Below are positions 44,903-52,049 of a stretch of DNA of 52,049 bases, piece after piece (position 1 is the first letter of the stretch; the number at the start of each line of letters is the position of its first letter). Under the pieces are notes generated by a model. That model searched no databases. It worked only from the letters and a program-made list of their open reading frames with translations, and was not told where the DNA came from. This stretch comes from an uncultured Gammaproteobacteria bacterium (GTDB taxonomy: Bacteria > Patescibacteriota > Patescibacteriia > Patescibacteriales > UBA12465). The stretch spans positions 5,426 to 57,474 of the forward strand of contig CAYMGT010000001.1 of the NCBI GenBank assembly GCA_964390115.1. Reading direction: 5' to 3'. The position numbers and the translations under genes were made by a program.

Positions 44903-45575
44903 CTCTAATTTATGTTCTCGTAGAAAAGCTGAAGAATTAATTCGTCTAGGATTAGTATTAGTAAACCAAGAAAAGGCTCAACTAGGAGACCGAGTTAATG
45001 TTTCAGATAATATTGTTGTATCAGGTAAAAAAATAACCATAGTAAATGATAAATTTATCTATATAGCGCTTAACAAGCCAGCATCTTATGTTTGTACAAA
45101 TAGAATCTTTAAAAATGAAAAAAATATTTTTGAGTTATTGCAAAACAACACTAAACTTATAATTGTTGGACGTTTAGATAAAGATAGCAAAGGTTTAATT
45201 CTTTTGACTTCAGATGGTGACTTAGCCTACAAACTTTCTCATCCCAAATTTAAACATGAAAAAAAATATATTGTGAAAACAAAAAACCATAACATATCAT
45301 TCAAAGAAGTTAAACAAAAGTTTTTACAAGGAATTGAAATTGAAAAAGGTAAATTTGCAAAAATGAAATTTATTAAAGAATTAGATAGATATAAATACGA
45401 GATAATTTTAACTCAAGGTTTAAATAGACAAATTAGAAAAATGTTCTTATCTTTTAATATACAAGTTTTAGATATTGAAAGATTATCTATTGCTAGCCTT
45501 CAATTAAAAAATCTACCCATAGGAAAAAGTAGAAATTTAATCGCTGAAGAAGTTAATTTACTAAAAAATCTGTAA
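44868..45575 (+). CDS. RsuA/RluB-family pseudouridine synthase with S4 domain
   Basis: The S4 domain is LTKAIASSNLCSRRKAEELIRLGLVLVN; the catalytic motif is VGRLDKDSKGLILLTSDG. The start may be the Met at 44877. The ORF overlaps the upstream gene by about 30 nt. Confidence 0.85.
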   Translation: MEKMPLTKAIASSNLCSRRKAEELIRLGLVLVNQEKAQLGDRVNVSDNIVVSGKKITIVNDKFIYIALNKPASYVCTNRIFKNEKNIFELLQNNTKLIIVGRLDKDSKGLILLTSDGDLAYKLSHPKFKHEKKYIVKTKNHNISFKEVKQKFLQGIEIEKGKFAKMKFIKELDRYKYEIILTQGLNRQIRKMFLSFNIQVLDIERLSIASLQLKNLPIGKSRNLIAEEVNLLKNL

Positions 45576-45591
45576 ATAAGCTTTATTAAAC

Positions 45592-46362
45592 CTATCTATT
45601 ATCATCTACAAAAAACTCATAACCCAGAATTAAAGTGGGGGTAGATAAAAAATACCAAATAACAATGTCATCAATAGGAAAAATCATACCCGATAAACTT
45701 ATTGTTAATAAGTAGTTACCTGGCCACCACCAATGACCAATACTCATTGAAACTATTTCATAAAATAAAAAAACTAAAGCAAAGAAGGCTATGGTAAATA
45801 GGCTTTTTTTAAAAATATGAGGAAATTTTAATAGTAAAAATATAAACGCAGGTAAAAGAAAAATTAAACCAAGTAAATAATAATCAGTTGCTAATAAGCT
45901 AGGGTTATTAAAGAATAGAATATATACTACTATTGATAAAATTAAATATAAAAAAAATAGATATTTAAATTTACGAGATATATCAAAAAATTTTTTTTCA
46001 CTATCAAAAAAATACTCATAAAAACTCAGTACCCAAAAGAAGTTTAGAAAAGCAAATAGGATATTTTCCCAAGGTATAAGACCAAAAGGACGCATAAATA
46101 TTGATGAGACATCCCAAGCATTGGCCATTCGAGCTAATAATTCAATTGGTGGAGCAAAAAGTAGAGTGGTTATAAAAGAAAAGAATAACACCTTAGCTCT
46201 AGCTTTTTTTAACCAGTAAAAATTTATTAGTGCAGGAACCGCTAAGACAATTAGTATAGAAGTAAAATAATTTGGTATAACAAAATATACCACAAAGCTT
46301 GCGAAAACTACATAAAGAAATAAAAACAATATTTTATTTTCTTTAGATAAATTTATCTTCAC
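45592..46362 (-). CDS. Lycopene-cyclase-domain (CrtYc/Yd-type repeat) membrane protein
   Basis: There are two repeats of the W..(x)..P-x-E/D-acidic pattern typical of heterodimeric lycopene cyclase domains: AWDVSS...GLIPWENILFAF and GHWWWPG...MIFPIDDIVIWYF. About 7 TM helices; the stop is TAG. Confidence 0.5.
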   Translation of the reverse strand: MKINLSKENKILFLFLYVVFASFVVYFVIPNYFTSILIVLAVPALINFYWLKKARAKVLFFSFITTLLFAPPIELLARMANAWDVSSIFMRPFGLIPWENILFAFLNFFWVLSFYEYFFDSEKKFFDISRKFKYLFFLYLILSIVVYILFFNNPSLLATDYYLLGLIFLLPAFIFLLLKFPHIFKKSLFTIAFFALVFLFYEIVSMSIGHWWWPGNYLLTISLSGMIFPIDDIVIWYFLSTPTLILGYEFFVDDNR

Positions 46363-46773
46363 TTATTTAATGATAAGATTGAAAAATAAATAACCAATTA
46401 ATGAAGTAAGAGACCCTAAAATAGCACCCCAGATCATATCAATTATAACTAGTTTAGTAGGCCATTTCTTAATAGTTGATAAATTAGTTAAATCATATGT
46501 AGCATAAGAAATTAAACCGAAAATAGCTCCATATATTCCCACATTAGAAAAATCAGCTACTCCATGGGCGGGTTCTATAACAAAAATGAATAAACCCAAT
46601 ACGAATAATATATAAAAAATAATAGCTGGACCTATTTTAAAATCTAAGTTTATAACATCCTTTAAACTTTTTTGATATAATTTAGCTGAAATTAAACCCA
46701 GCCAAATCATGTCGATAATAAAAAAAGCTGACAAAGTAAAAAGATATACACTTATTAACTGTAATGAAATCAT
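46363..46773 (-). CDS. DUF2177-like small membrane protein
   Basis: 136 aa, 4 TM helices. The N-terminal FIIDMIWLGLISAKLYQ pattern fits DUF2177. Its start abuts the stop of the previous gene. Confidence 0.45.
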   Translation of the reverse strand: MISLQLISVYLFTLSAFFIIDMIWLGLISAKLYQKSLKDVINLDFKIGPAIIFYILFVLGLFIFVIEPAHGVADFSNVGIYGAIFGLISYATYDLTNLSTIKKWPTKLVIIDMIWGAILGSLTSLIGYLFFNLIIK

Positions 46774-46847
46774 ATTTTTAAGATTATTTTTTAAACCTAT
46801 TTCTAATACTTATTATAACAAAAAAAATATAATAAATAAATCGTAAG

Positions 46848-47327
46848 TTAATTAATTATAATTAATTCAGACTCCTCAGTAACTTTACACTCATCAGCAA
46901 CGCCCTGTCTAATTTCCACCACCATATTTACCTCACCATAGCTTTTATATTCAGTTAACGTATTTAATTGACTAGTTAGCACTTTACCCTGCTCAATATT
47001 AACAACTCTATTGTCTTTTAAATAAATAATATCTAAAGGAAACTTCATGCCTCTCATAACAAAGTTCCTTTTTTTATAATTTGGAAATATAAATAACATA
47101 CCCTGATGTTTTTCCATAACCTCTCTATCGCTAAGACCTTTATACCAACCACTTGGTGATGAGACTGGTTCTAAATTAAAATAACAATCGCCCAAACTTA
47201 CTTTAATTAAGTAGTTATCATCAATTAAGTTATTTTTTTTATAAATTAAAAAAAATAAAAATACTATTAATATAACAACAGCTAAAATATAATAAGTTAA
47301 TCTTTTTTTAGAAATTTTCTTTTTCAT
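46848..47327 (-). CDS. DUF192-domain protein with N-terminal membrane anchor
   Basis: GLSDREVMEKHQGMLFIFPNYKKRNFVMRGMKFPLDIIYLKDNRVVNI matches the DUF192 core. Confidence 0.7.
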   Translation of the reverse strand: MKKKISKKRLTYYILAVVILIVFLFFLIYKKNNLIDDNYLIKVSLGDCYFNLEPVSSPSGWYKGLSDREVMEKHQGMLFIFPNYKKRNFVMRGMKFPLDIIYLKDNRVVNIEQGKVLTSQLNTLTEYKSYGEVNMVVEIRQGVADECKVTEESELIIIN

Positions 47328-47354
47328 ATAATACTAATAGTATATCAATTAAAG

Positions 47355-47383
47355 TTGACTAAACCAATTTTTTGCTTTATCAT
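47355..47383 (+). promoter_or_regulatory. Putative promoter of tRNA-Gly
   Basis: TTGACT (47355-47360), a 17-nt spacer, then TATCAT (47378-47383). The tRNA starts at 47398. Confidence 0.35.
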
Positions 47384-47397
47384 ATAAATTACAATTA

Positions 47398-47470
47398 GCG
47401 GGTATCGTATAATGGTTTTTTATGTCAGCCTTCCAAGCTGAAGATGGGGGTTCGATTCCCCCTACCCGCT
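47398..47470 (+). tRNA. tRNA-Gly, anticodon UCC
   Basis: Acceptor GCGGGTA/TACCCGC, anticodon stem TCAGC/GCTGA, loop CTTCCAA, T arm GGGGG-TTCGATT-CCCCC, discriminator U. The D arm is weak and U-rich. CCA is not encoded. Confidence 0.85.
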
Positions 47471-47485
47471 CAGCTATGTATATAT

Positions 47486-47515
47486 AAAAAAGCACTATTT
47501 TACTAGTGTTTTTTG
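47486..47515 (+). terminator. Intrinsic terminator after tRNA-Gly
   Basis: AGCACTA 47491-47497 pairs with TAGTGTT 47504-47510 (one G.U), followed by a T run. Confidence 0.5.
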
Positions 47516-47574
47516 TTATTTATTATATATTTTAAAATAACTATAATCGAAATAAAAAACCAGATAATCAAAAA

Positions 47575-48006
47575 CTATAGTCCGATATTGCTTTTTAAGC
47601 CTTTATAGCTTCCCGAATCGGGAAAATTATTCTTAATCAAATTAACAAATTTTGAATCAAAGCCTAATTTTTCAAGATCATCAATTAATATCATTCTTAC
47701 ATCTCGAATTTCTTCTGTATCTATATCTGTTGTTTTTCCCAAAGAACCGCTAACCTCATCAACAAGAAACATAATATGCAAAACATAAATATCGTCTCTA
47801 AAATAATCATTAACGTATAATAGCTTATTGATTTTTACATATAAACCGGTTTCTTCTCGCATTTCCCTAATCAAACAATTTTCAAGTGTTTCGCCTTTTT
47901 CAAGTGTTCCTCCTGGAAGAGCCCACTTTCGCCCAGAATTAACATTCTAATCCAGAAGTAATATCTTATTATTTTTAACTAAAACTCCTGTTGGGCGTAT
48001 TTTCAT
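47575..48006 (-). pseudogene. NUDIX hydrolase interrupted by an in-frame TAG at codon 20
   Basis: Reading from ATG 48006-48004 gives MKIRPTGVLVKNNKILLLD*NVNSGRKWALPGGTLEKGETLENCLIREMREETGL..., which is a complete Nudix box. The stop is TAG at 47949-47947 (cta on +). The tracked ORF 47575-47874 is the in-frame remainder. Confidence 0.65.
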
Positions 48007-48040
48007 AAAATATAAATTAAAATTAATTTATTCTACTTAA

Positions 48041-48745
48041 TTAATTATGATTACCAAATTCATATTCAACAATTTTTTTTCTTACAGATCCACAAATAAG
48101 AACATAAAAAGTTAATTTAAGCCATTTTAGAATAACTTTAACCCTTCCCTCTCTTTCAAGTCTACGTGGTGAATAATACACAAAAGTAGAATTGATCATT
48201 TTTATTTTATTTTTTTTAAATATCTTATAAGTATAATCATAATCTTCTGCAACTAACAAACTCTCATCAAAACCACCAATTTCAAAATGAACTTTTTTGT
48301 TGGATAAAATAGCCACGCCAATTGAAGTTGGGCGTATACATTGACTAATTTTAAATAAAAAATTTAAGGCCGTAGTAAAAAATTTATAAAAATATCCTTT
48401 TTTTTTAATTTTAATATAAAAGCCCGCTGCCTTTAAATTTTTTTTTTCTACTTCCCTTACTGTATTCTTTAAAAAATCCTCTGGTATTTCGCTATCAGCA
48501 TCTAAAAATAAAAACCATTCGCCCTGAGCTTTTTTAGCTCCGTTATTTCTTTGACAAGCTGGTCGTCTCTTTTTACTGCTCACTAAAATACAACCAAATT
48601 TTTTAGCTATTTGTTGTGTCCCGTCTTCAGAATTTGCATCAGACACAATAATTTCATAATTTTTAAAATCTTGACTCCTTATTGATTCTAATAATTTAGG
48701 TAGAGTACATTCTTCATTTAAAGTTGGTATTATTATTGACAACAT
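48041..48745 (-). CDS. Family 2 glycosyltransferase
   Basis: MLSIIIPTLNEECTLPKLLESIRSQDFKNYEIIVSDANSEDGT and FLDADS (DxD) are present. Confidence 0.85.
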   Translation of the reverse strand: MLSIIIPTLNEECTLPKLLESIRSQDFKNYEIIVSDANSEDGTQQIAKKFGCILVSSKKRRPACQRNNGAKKAQGEWFLFLDADSEIPEDFLKNTVREVEKKNLKAAGFYIKIKKKGYFYKFFTTALNFLFKISQCIRPTSIGVAILSNKKVHFEIGGFDESLLVAEDYDYTYKIFKKNKIKMINSTFVYYSPRRLEREGRVKVILKWLKLTFYVLICGSVRKKIVEYEFGNHN

Positions 48746-48749
48746 TACT

Positions 48750-49763
48750 TTATTTCTTAAATATTTCTTTAGCTACTTCCCAGTACGCTTCATTGCCCAT
48801 TTCCTTCTGTAAATACCACCACTCCAAACCCCAGAGATAAATGTTTTTAAACTTAGTGTTAATTGCAGTTTGTAAATTACCTTTAAATTGTTTAACGCTT
48901 AAAGACTTATCAATCTCTTCTTGATTCATTTCTGACATTTTCCCCTTAGATACCCATGGCTCTGCCTGTAACTCCATGATCATGATATCATCTGTTTTAA
49001 TATTAAATAAGCGACTCTTGTAGACATAATGCTTAAAACCAAAGGGGTAGCGAATAAATCCAAAATTTGAATTATGCACAACTCTATACATTGTAATCCC
49101 CAAAATATCACCTAATCTTCTTTCTTTTTTCCAGGTACTTAATTCACCTGAGGCTGAAATAATTATTGGTCTTTTGTCCAGATTTTTAAGCAAAGAAACC
49201 TCTTTCTTTAGTATTTCTTCGTCTAACTTGGGACAAACACCAAAACTACCTAGATATGGCTCATTTTCTACCTGCCAATACTTAACACTGCTATTCTCCT
49301 TATATCTATCAACAGTCTGAGCTATATAATCTAGTAATTTTTCATCTCTCTTGATTTGACTAACATTATTTGTCCAGGTGGGAAAGTGGCACTCGGGCCA
49401 ACGAGGCAACCTATAACCCACGTTAATTACAAAATTAACCCCTCTCTTCTCCCCCTCTTCAATGATATAGTCATAAATTGAATAATCATAAACCCCTGCC
49501 TGTTTTTCCACCTCATCCCAATATATTGGTAAACGAATATTTTTTATATCTAAATCATTTAATGTTTCTAAATAAAGATCCTGCCAGCTCAAGTTTAATT
49601 CTTTAGCGAACTTAGTAGAAAAGGTTACACCAAAATAATTTATTGGTGCTTCAAGATTAATTTCTTTAGGATAGTGTTTGGCAACCTTAAACAACCACCA
49701 TAAAAAAATAAGTAAAATAATACAAATAATAAATATAATCATTTTTTTATTGTTTTTTTTCAT
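48750..49763 (-). CDS. Membrane-anchored clan GH-A (TIM-barrel) glycoside-hydrolase-like protein
   Basis: N-terminal TM helix. NIRLPIYWDEVEKQAGVYDYSIYDYII resembles the GH42/GH5 N-terminal pattern. YWQVENEPY carries the N-E-P acid/base motif, and MELQAEPW is a possible nucleophile region. Confidence 0.55.
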   Translation of the reverse strand: MKKNNKKMIIFIICIILLIFLWWLFKVAKHYPKEINLEAPINYFGVTFSTKFAKELNLSWQDLYLETLNDLDIKNIRLPIYWDEVEKQAGVYDYSIYDYIIEEGEKRGVNFVINVGYRLPRWPECHFPTWTNNVSQIKRDEKLLDYIAQTVDRYKENSSVKYWQVENEPYLGSFGVCPKLDEEILKKEVSLLKNLDKRPIIISASGELSTWKKERRLGDILGITMYRVVHNSNFGFIRYPFGFKHYVYKSRLFNIKTDDIMIMELQAEPWVSKGKMSEMNQEEIDKSLSVKQFKGNLQTAINTKFKNIYLWGLEWWYLQKEMGNEAYWEVAKEIFKK

Positions 49764-50696
49764 TTACTTAGAGAGGAAATATAAGCCTAGAAATATAAAC
49801 AAAACTGCAAAAGTTTTTTGTAAAATAATATTTCTGGAAATATTTTCTTTAATAATTTTAGGAAAAAATATAGTAGAAATAATCCCTAGTATTATTATAA
49901 AGACATATTGAACACCTTGCAAGGCGCTAACTAGAGCTACCGAATGTAAACTTATAGCAAAATTCTGCAAAAAGAAACCACCAGCTGATAAACCCTGATT
50001 AAAAACAAAAATTCCCGCCTTTTTCTTTTTCATACCCGTAATAGCAGAAAATATTTTATGTCTAGATTTCTTAGAAATTAGTAGAAATAAAACCAACAGA
50101 AAACTTCCTCCCCTCATCCATATAAACGCACTCATAAACTCCTGATTATTAAAAGCAATTTTATTTCCAACAAAAAACATAGCGAAAAACAAAGCTGCTC
50201 CCAAAGAAACTAAAATGGCTTTAAAATTTTCTTGTTTTTTCAATTTAAATTTTATTAATACTTTTTCCCACCTATTTTTTTCCTCAGGTATCCATGAAAT
50301 TAAAAAAGTTCCTATTAAAAGTAGGGTTATTGCTAGCCATTGGTAAGCACTAAACCTTTCATTTAAGAATAAAACTGACAATATAAGGGTAAAAACAGGC
50401 ACTAGACCACCTATAAGGAGTAATACTTTAGAAGCTTCACCCTCTTTTAAAGCATAGTAGAAAAGTAACAGGGCTAAGGGGAAAAACGCCCCAATAACTA
50501 GATTAAAAAATAAAAGCTCTACACCTGGCCATAATAAAAACCAAGGGGCTAATAAAAAAACCACTAAACCTAAAACACCAACCAAAAAAGTATAAGCTCT
50601 GCTACTAGGTAAGACCTTGTCTAGTAAAAATTTATCAAATATATTAACTAAAGCTAATATAAAATACGCTAAAATTGCTAATACTAGCCAATTCAT
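49764..50696 (-). CDS. EamA/DMT-superfamily-like transporter (about 10 TM)
   Basis: 310 aa with two similar five-helix halves. Its stop abuts the start of the downstream gene. Confidence 0.5.
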   Translation of the reverse strand: MNWLVLAILAYFILALVNIFDKFLLDKVLPSSRAYTFLVGVLGLVVFLLAPWFLLWPGVELLFFNLVIGAFFPLALLLFYYALKEGEASKVLLLIGGLVPVFTLILSVLFLNERFSAYQWLAITLLLIGTFLISWIPEEKNRWEKVLIKFKLKKQENFKAILVSLGAALFFAMFFVGNKIAFNNQEFMSAFIWMRGGSFLLVLFLLISKKSRHKIFSAITGMKKKKAGIFVFNQGLSAGGFFLQNFAISLHSVALVSALQGVQYVFIIILGIISTIFFPKIIKENISRNIILQKTFAVLFIFLGLYFLSK

Positions 50697-50716
50697 AAAT
50701 TATTTTTAATTATTAA

Positions 50717-52039
50717 TTACAATAAATGAATGTCATCAATTTCCTTTACTTTGTTGTTTAAAACAATATTTTCTATATTCTCAGTTCCTGTATTAGGAGC
50801 ATCTAAAAAACCTTGCATAGCCGCTTCAGCTAACCAACCTGAACGAAGCCAGTCAAAAAGCCATTGATCGGTAAAATTCACTTTTTCACTGTCAATACCA
50901 GCTCCAATAGCTAAAAGCCACTCTCTATTATAGTGCTCTTGTGACCCTATGGGTTCTGACATAATAATAGGTATTCCTAGTCCGGAATAGAACGTAAGCT
51001 CTGAGGGTTTAGTCCATAAAATATCAGTTGTTCGTAAAACTTGATTAAATTCTTTAAAATATTCTACTTTATTTTCATTATAAACAATTTTCACAGACTT
51101 AGTATTAGGGCATAAATTTTCTACATTTTTTTTAAAAAAACTATATACATCTAGGCGACTACCGGCTATTAAATTTAATTTCATTTCATTTTTTTCTATT
51201 TCTTTTTGTAAACTCTTTAATATCTCAACACCAAGATCTCTTTGTGCGCCTGCGCCACCAACAGCAAAAGTAATTGTCAGTGGTCTTTTTATTTTAGCCT
51301 TGTAATCAACTGGTCCTAAATAATCTTCAATTAATTTTTTATATTTTTTTCTATAAACTCCCGTTGGATCTAGATTAATAATTCTTTCTTGTAAATCTTT
51401 TTTTAAAATATTTTTATTATTTCCAATATTTTCACTAGGAAGGGGAAAGCCGCTAATAAAGATATTGTCATCTTTTACACCATATAGTTTTAATCTTTCC
51501 TTAACTCGTTTATTCGGTACTAAGTATTTAATTTTAGATTCTTTTGGTTTAAGTGGCGCCCAAGCCCGTGAAATATCTGCATCACAAACAATACAATATA
51601 TTTCGCCCATATAATTATAGTATTCAGCAAAATAAGCACTAACAAAAAAAGAGGTAACTAGGGGTAGTGGATTTTTGTTTAATTTATCAATCAATTTTTT
51701 ACCTAAACCTTTTTTTATTTTTTTATAAAAAAATTTTTGCTGAAAAGATGGTTTTGAAAGATCTCTTTTGGGATAAAAATTATCAATTTTTTGAAAATAA
51801 TCCATAACAGAAAAAACTAAGTCTCCTACAATTGGCAGTTTCTTGAAATAAGATATAAACTCATAACCCCTCTTGTTTCCTTCCCAACTTTTTTTTTCTT
51901 GTAAATCTATACCTTCATAGTTATTAGCTGTAACTATACCATTATAACTAAGCGGTATTAGTGGATAAGCGGCTCTTTGATGCCCGTATCCCATGTCCAC
52001 AGCTATTAAATGAATTTTTTTTTCTAACTTATTATTCAT
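50717..52039 (-). CDS. GT-B fold glycosyltransferase (GT28 / MGDG-synthase-like)
   Basis: The N-terminal KIHLIAVDMGYGHQRAA resembles the G-x-GH motif of MGDG-synthase/MurG-like enzymes. The central FAVGGAGAQRDLG resembles the GGSxG donor-binding loop. Confidence 0.45.
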   Translation of the reverse strand: MNNKLEKKIHLIAVDMGYGHQRAAYPLIPLSYNGIVTANNYEGIDLQEKKSWEGNKRGYEFISYFKKLPIVGDLVFSVMDYFQKIDNFYPKRDLSKPSFQQKFFYKKIKKGLGKKLIDKLNKNPLPLVTSFFVSAYFAEYYNYMGEIYCIVCDADISRAWAPLKPKESKIKYLVPNKRVKERLKLYGVKDDNIFISGFPLPSENIGNNKNILKKDLQERIINLDPTGVYRKKYKKLIEDYLGPVDYKAKIKRPLTITFAVGGAGAQRDLGVEILKSLQKEIEKNEMKLNLIAGSRLDVYSFFKKNVENLCPNTKSVKIVYNENKVEYFKEFNQVLRTTDILWTKPSELTFYSGLGIPIIMSEPIGSQEHYNREWLLAIGAGIDSEKVNFTDQWLFDWLRSGWLAEAAMQGFLDAPNTGTENIENIVLNNKVKEIDDIHLL

Positions 52040-52049
52040 ATCTTAATTA

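Noticed and set aside
47947-47949. Programmed TAG recoding (for example pyrrolysine or read-through) in the NUDIX gene
   Set aside because: There is no supporting context, such as pyl genes or a suppressor tRNA, in the window, and TAG is a normal stop here. A single CAG-to-TAG transition is the simpler explanation. I kept this as a pseudogene or variant finding instead.
1-52049. Alternative genetic code (UGA or UAG reassignment, as in some CPR lineages)
   Set aside because: ORFs of about 800 to 1050 aa (valS, pheT, uvrA, the PilB fusion, the RND pump) are uninterrupted under code 11. Trp is encoded by TGG. TGA terminates the 9018-9410 ORF, and TAG terminates glyQS and several other genes.
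1-52049. CRISPR arrays, transposases or IS elements, integrases, prophage genes, RT/DGR elements, toxin-antitoxin pairs or known defence systems
   Set aside because: I found no spaced direct repeats and no ORF with recognisable transposase, integrase, Cas, RT or toxin motifs on either strand. The window looks like core chromosome.

Overview
This is a visibly AT-rich, gene-dense chromosomal window with about 50 credible CDS and 5 tRNA genes. Nearly all of it is housekeeping. It encodes translation factors and aminoacyl-tRNA synthetases (der, pth, pheST, valS, glyQS, argS, tsaD, ychF, rpsF-ssb-rpsR-efp). It also encodes DNA metabolism genes (topA, a UvrA-like ABC ATPase), an MFP+RND efflux pair, and envelope or glycan genes (LCP, VanW, O-antigen-ligase family, and a GT2 / GH-A / EamA / GT-B block).

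The compact genes, strong AT bias, lack of Shine-Dalgarno motifs, standalone ComEC nuclease domain and many small membrane orphans fit a reduced-genome, CPR/Patescibacteria-like bacterium. That placement is inference only. The standard code 11 applies: long ORFs are intact, and TAG, TAA and TGA all act as stops.

I found no transposase, integrase, CRISPR array, RT, toxin-antitoxin pair or recognisable defence island, and I do not claim a new multi-gene system. The items most worth follow-up are:
- a 1013-aa ORF that fuses two complete PilB/GspE secretion-ATPase modules;
- a TRAX-like translin-family protein in a tight operon with a metallophosphoesterase and an IMPase;
- three orphan promoter-to-terminator units with no ORF (candidate sRNAs), one of them a rod-like structure of about 147 nt;
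- a tRNA-Ile with a genomically encoded UAU anticodon;
- a UvrA lacking the UvrB-binding domain;
- a switch-like structured leader upstream of rpsF;
- a NUDIX gene interrupted by an in-frame TAG;
- an MFP with a helical insertion of about 290 aa.

All coordinates for RNA elements, promoters and terminators were derived by eye and carry a few nt of uncertainty.
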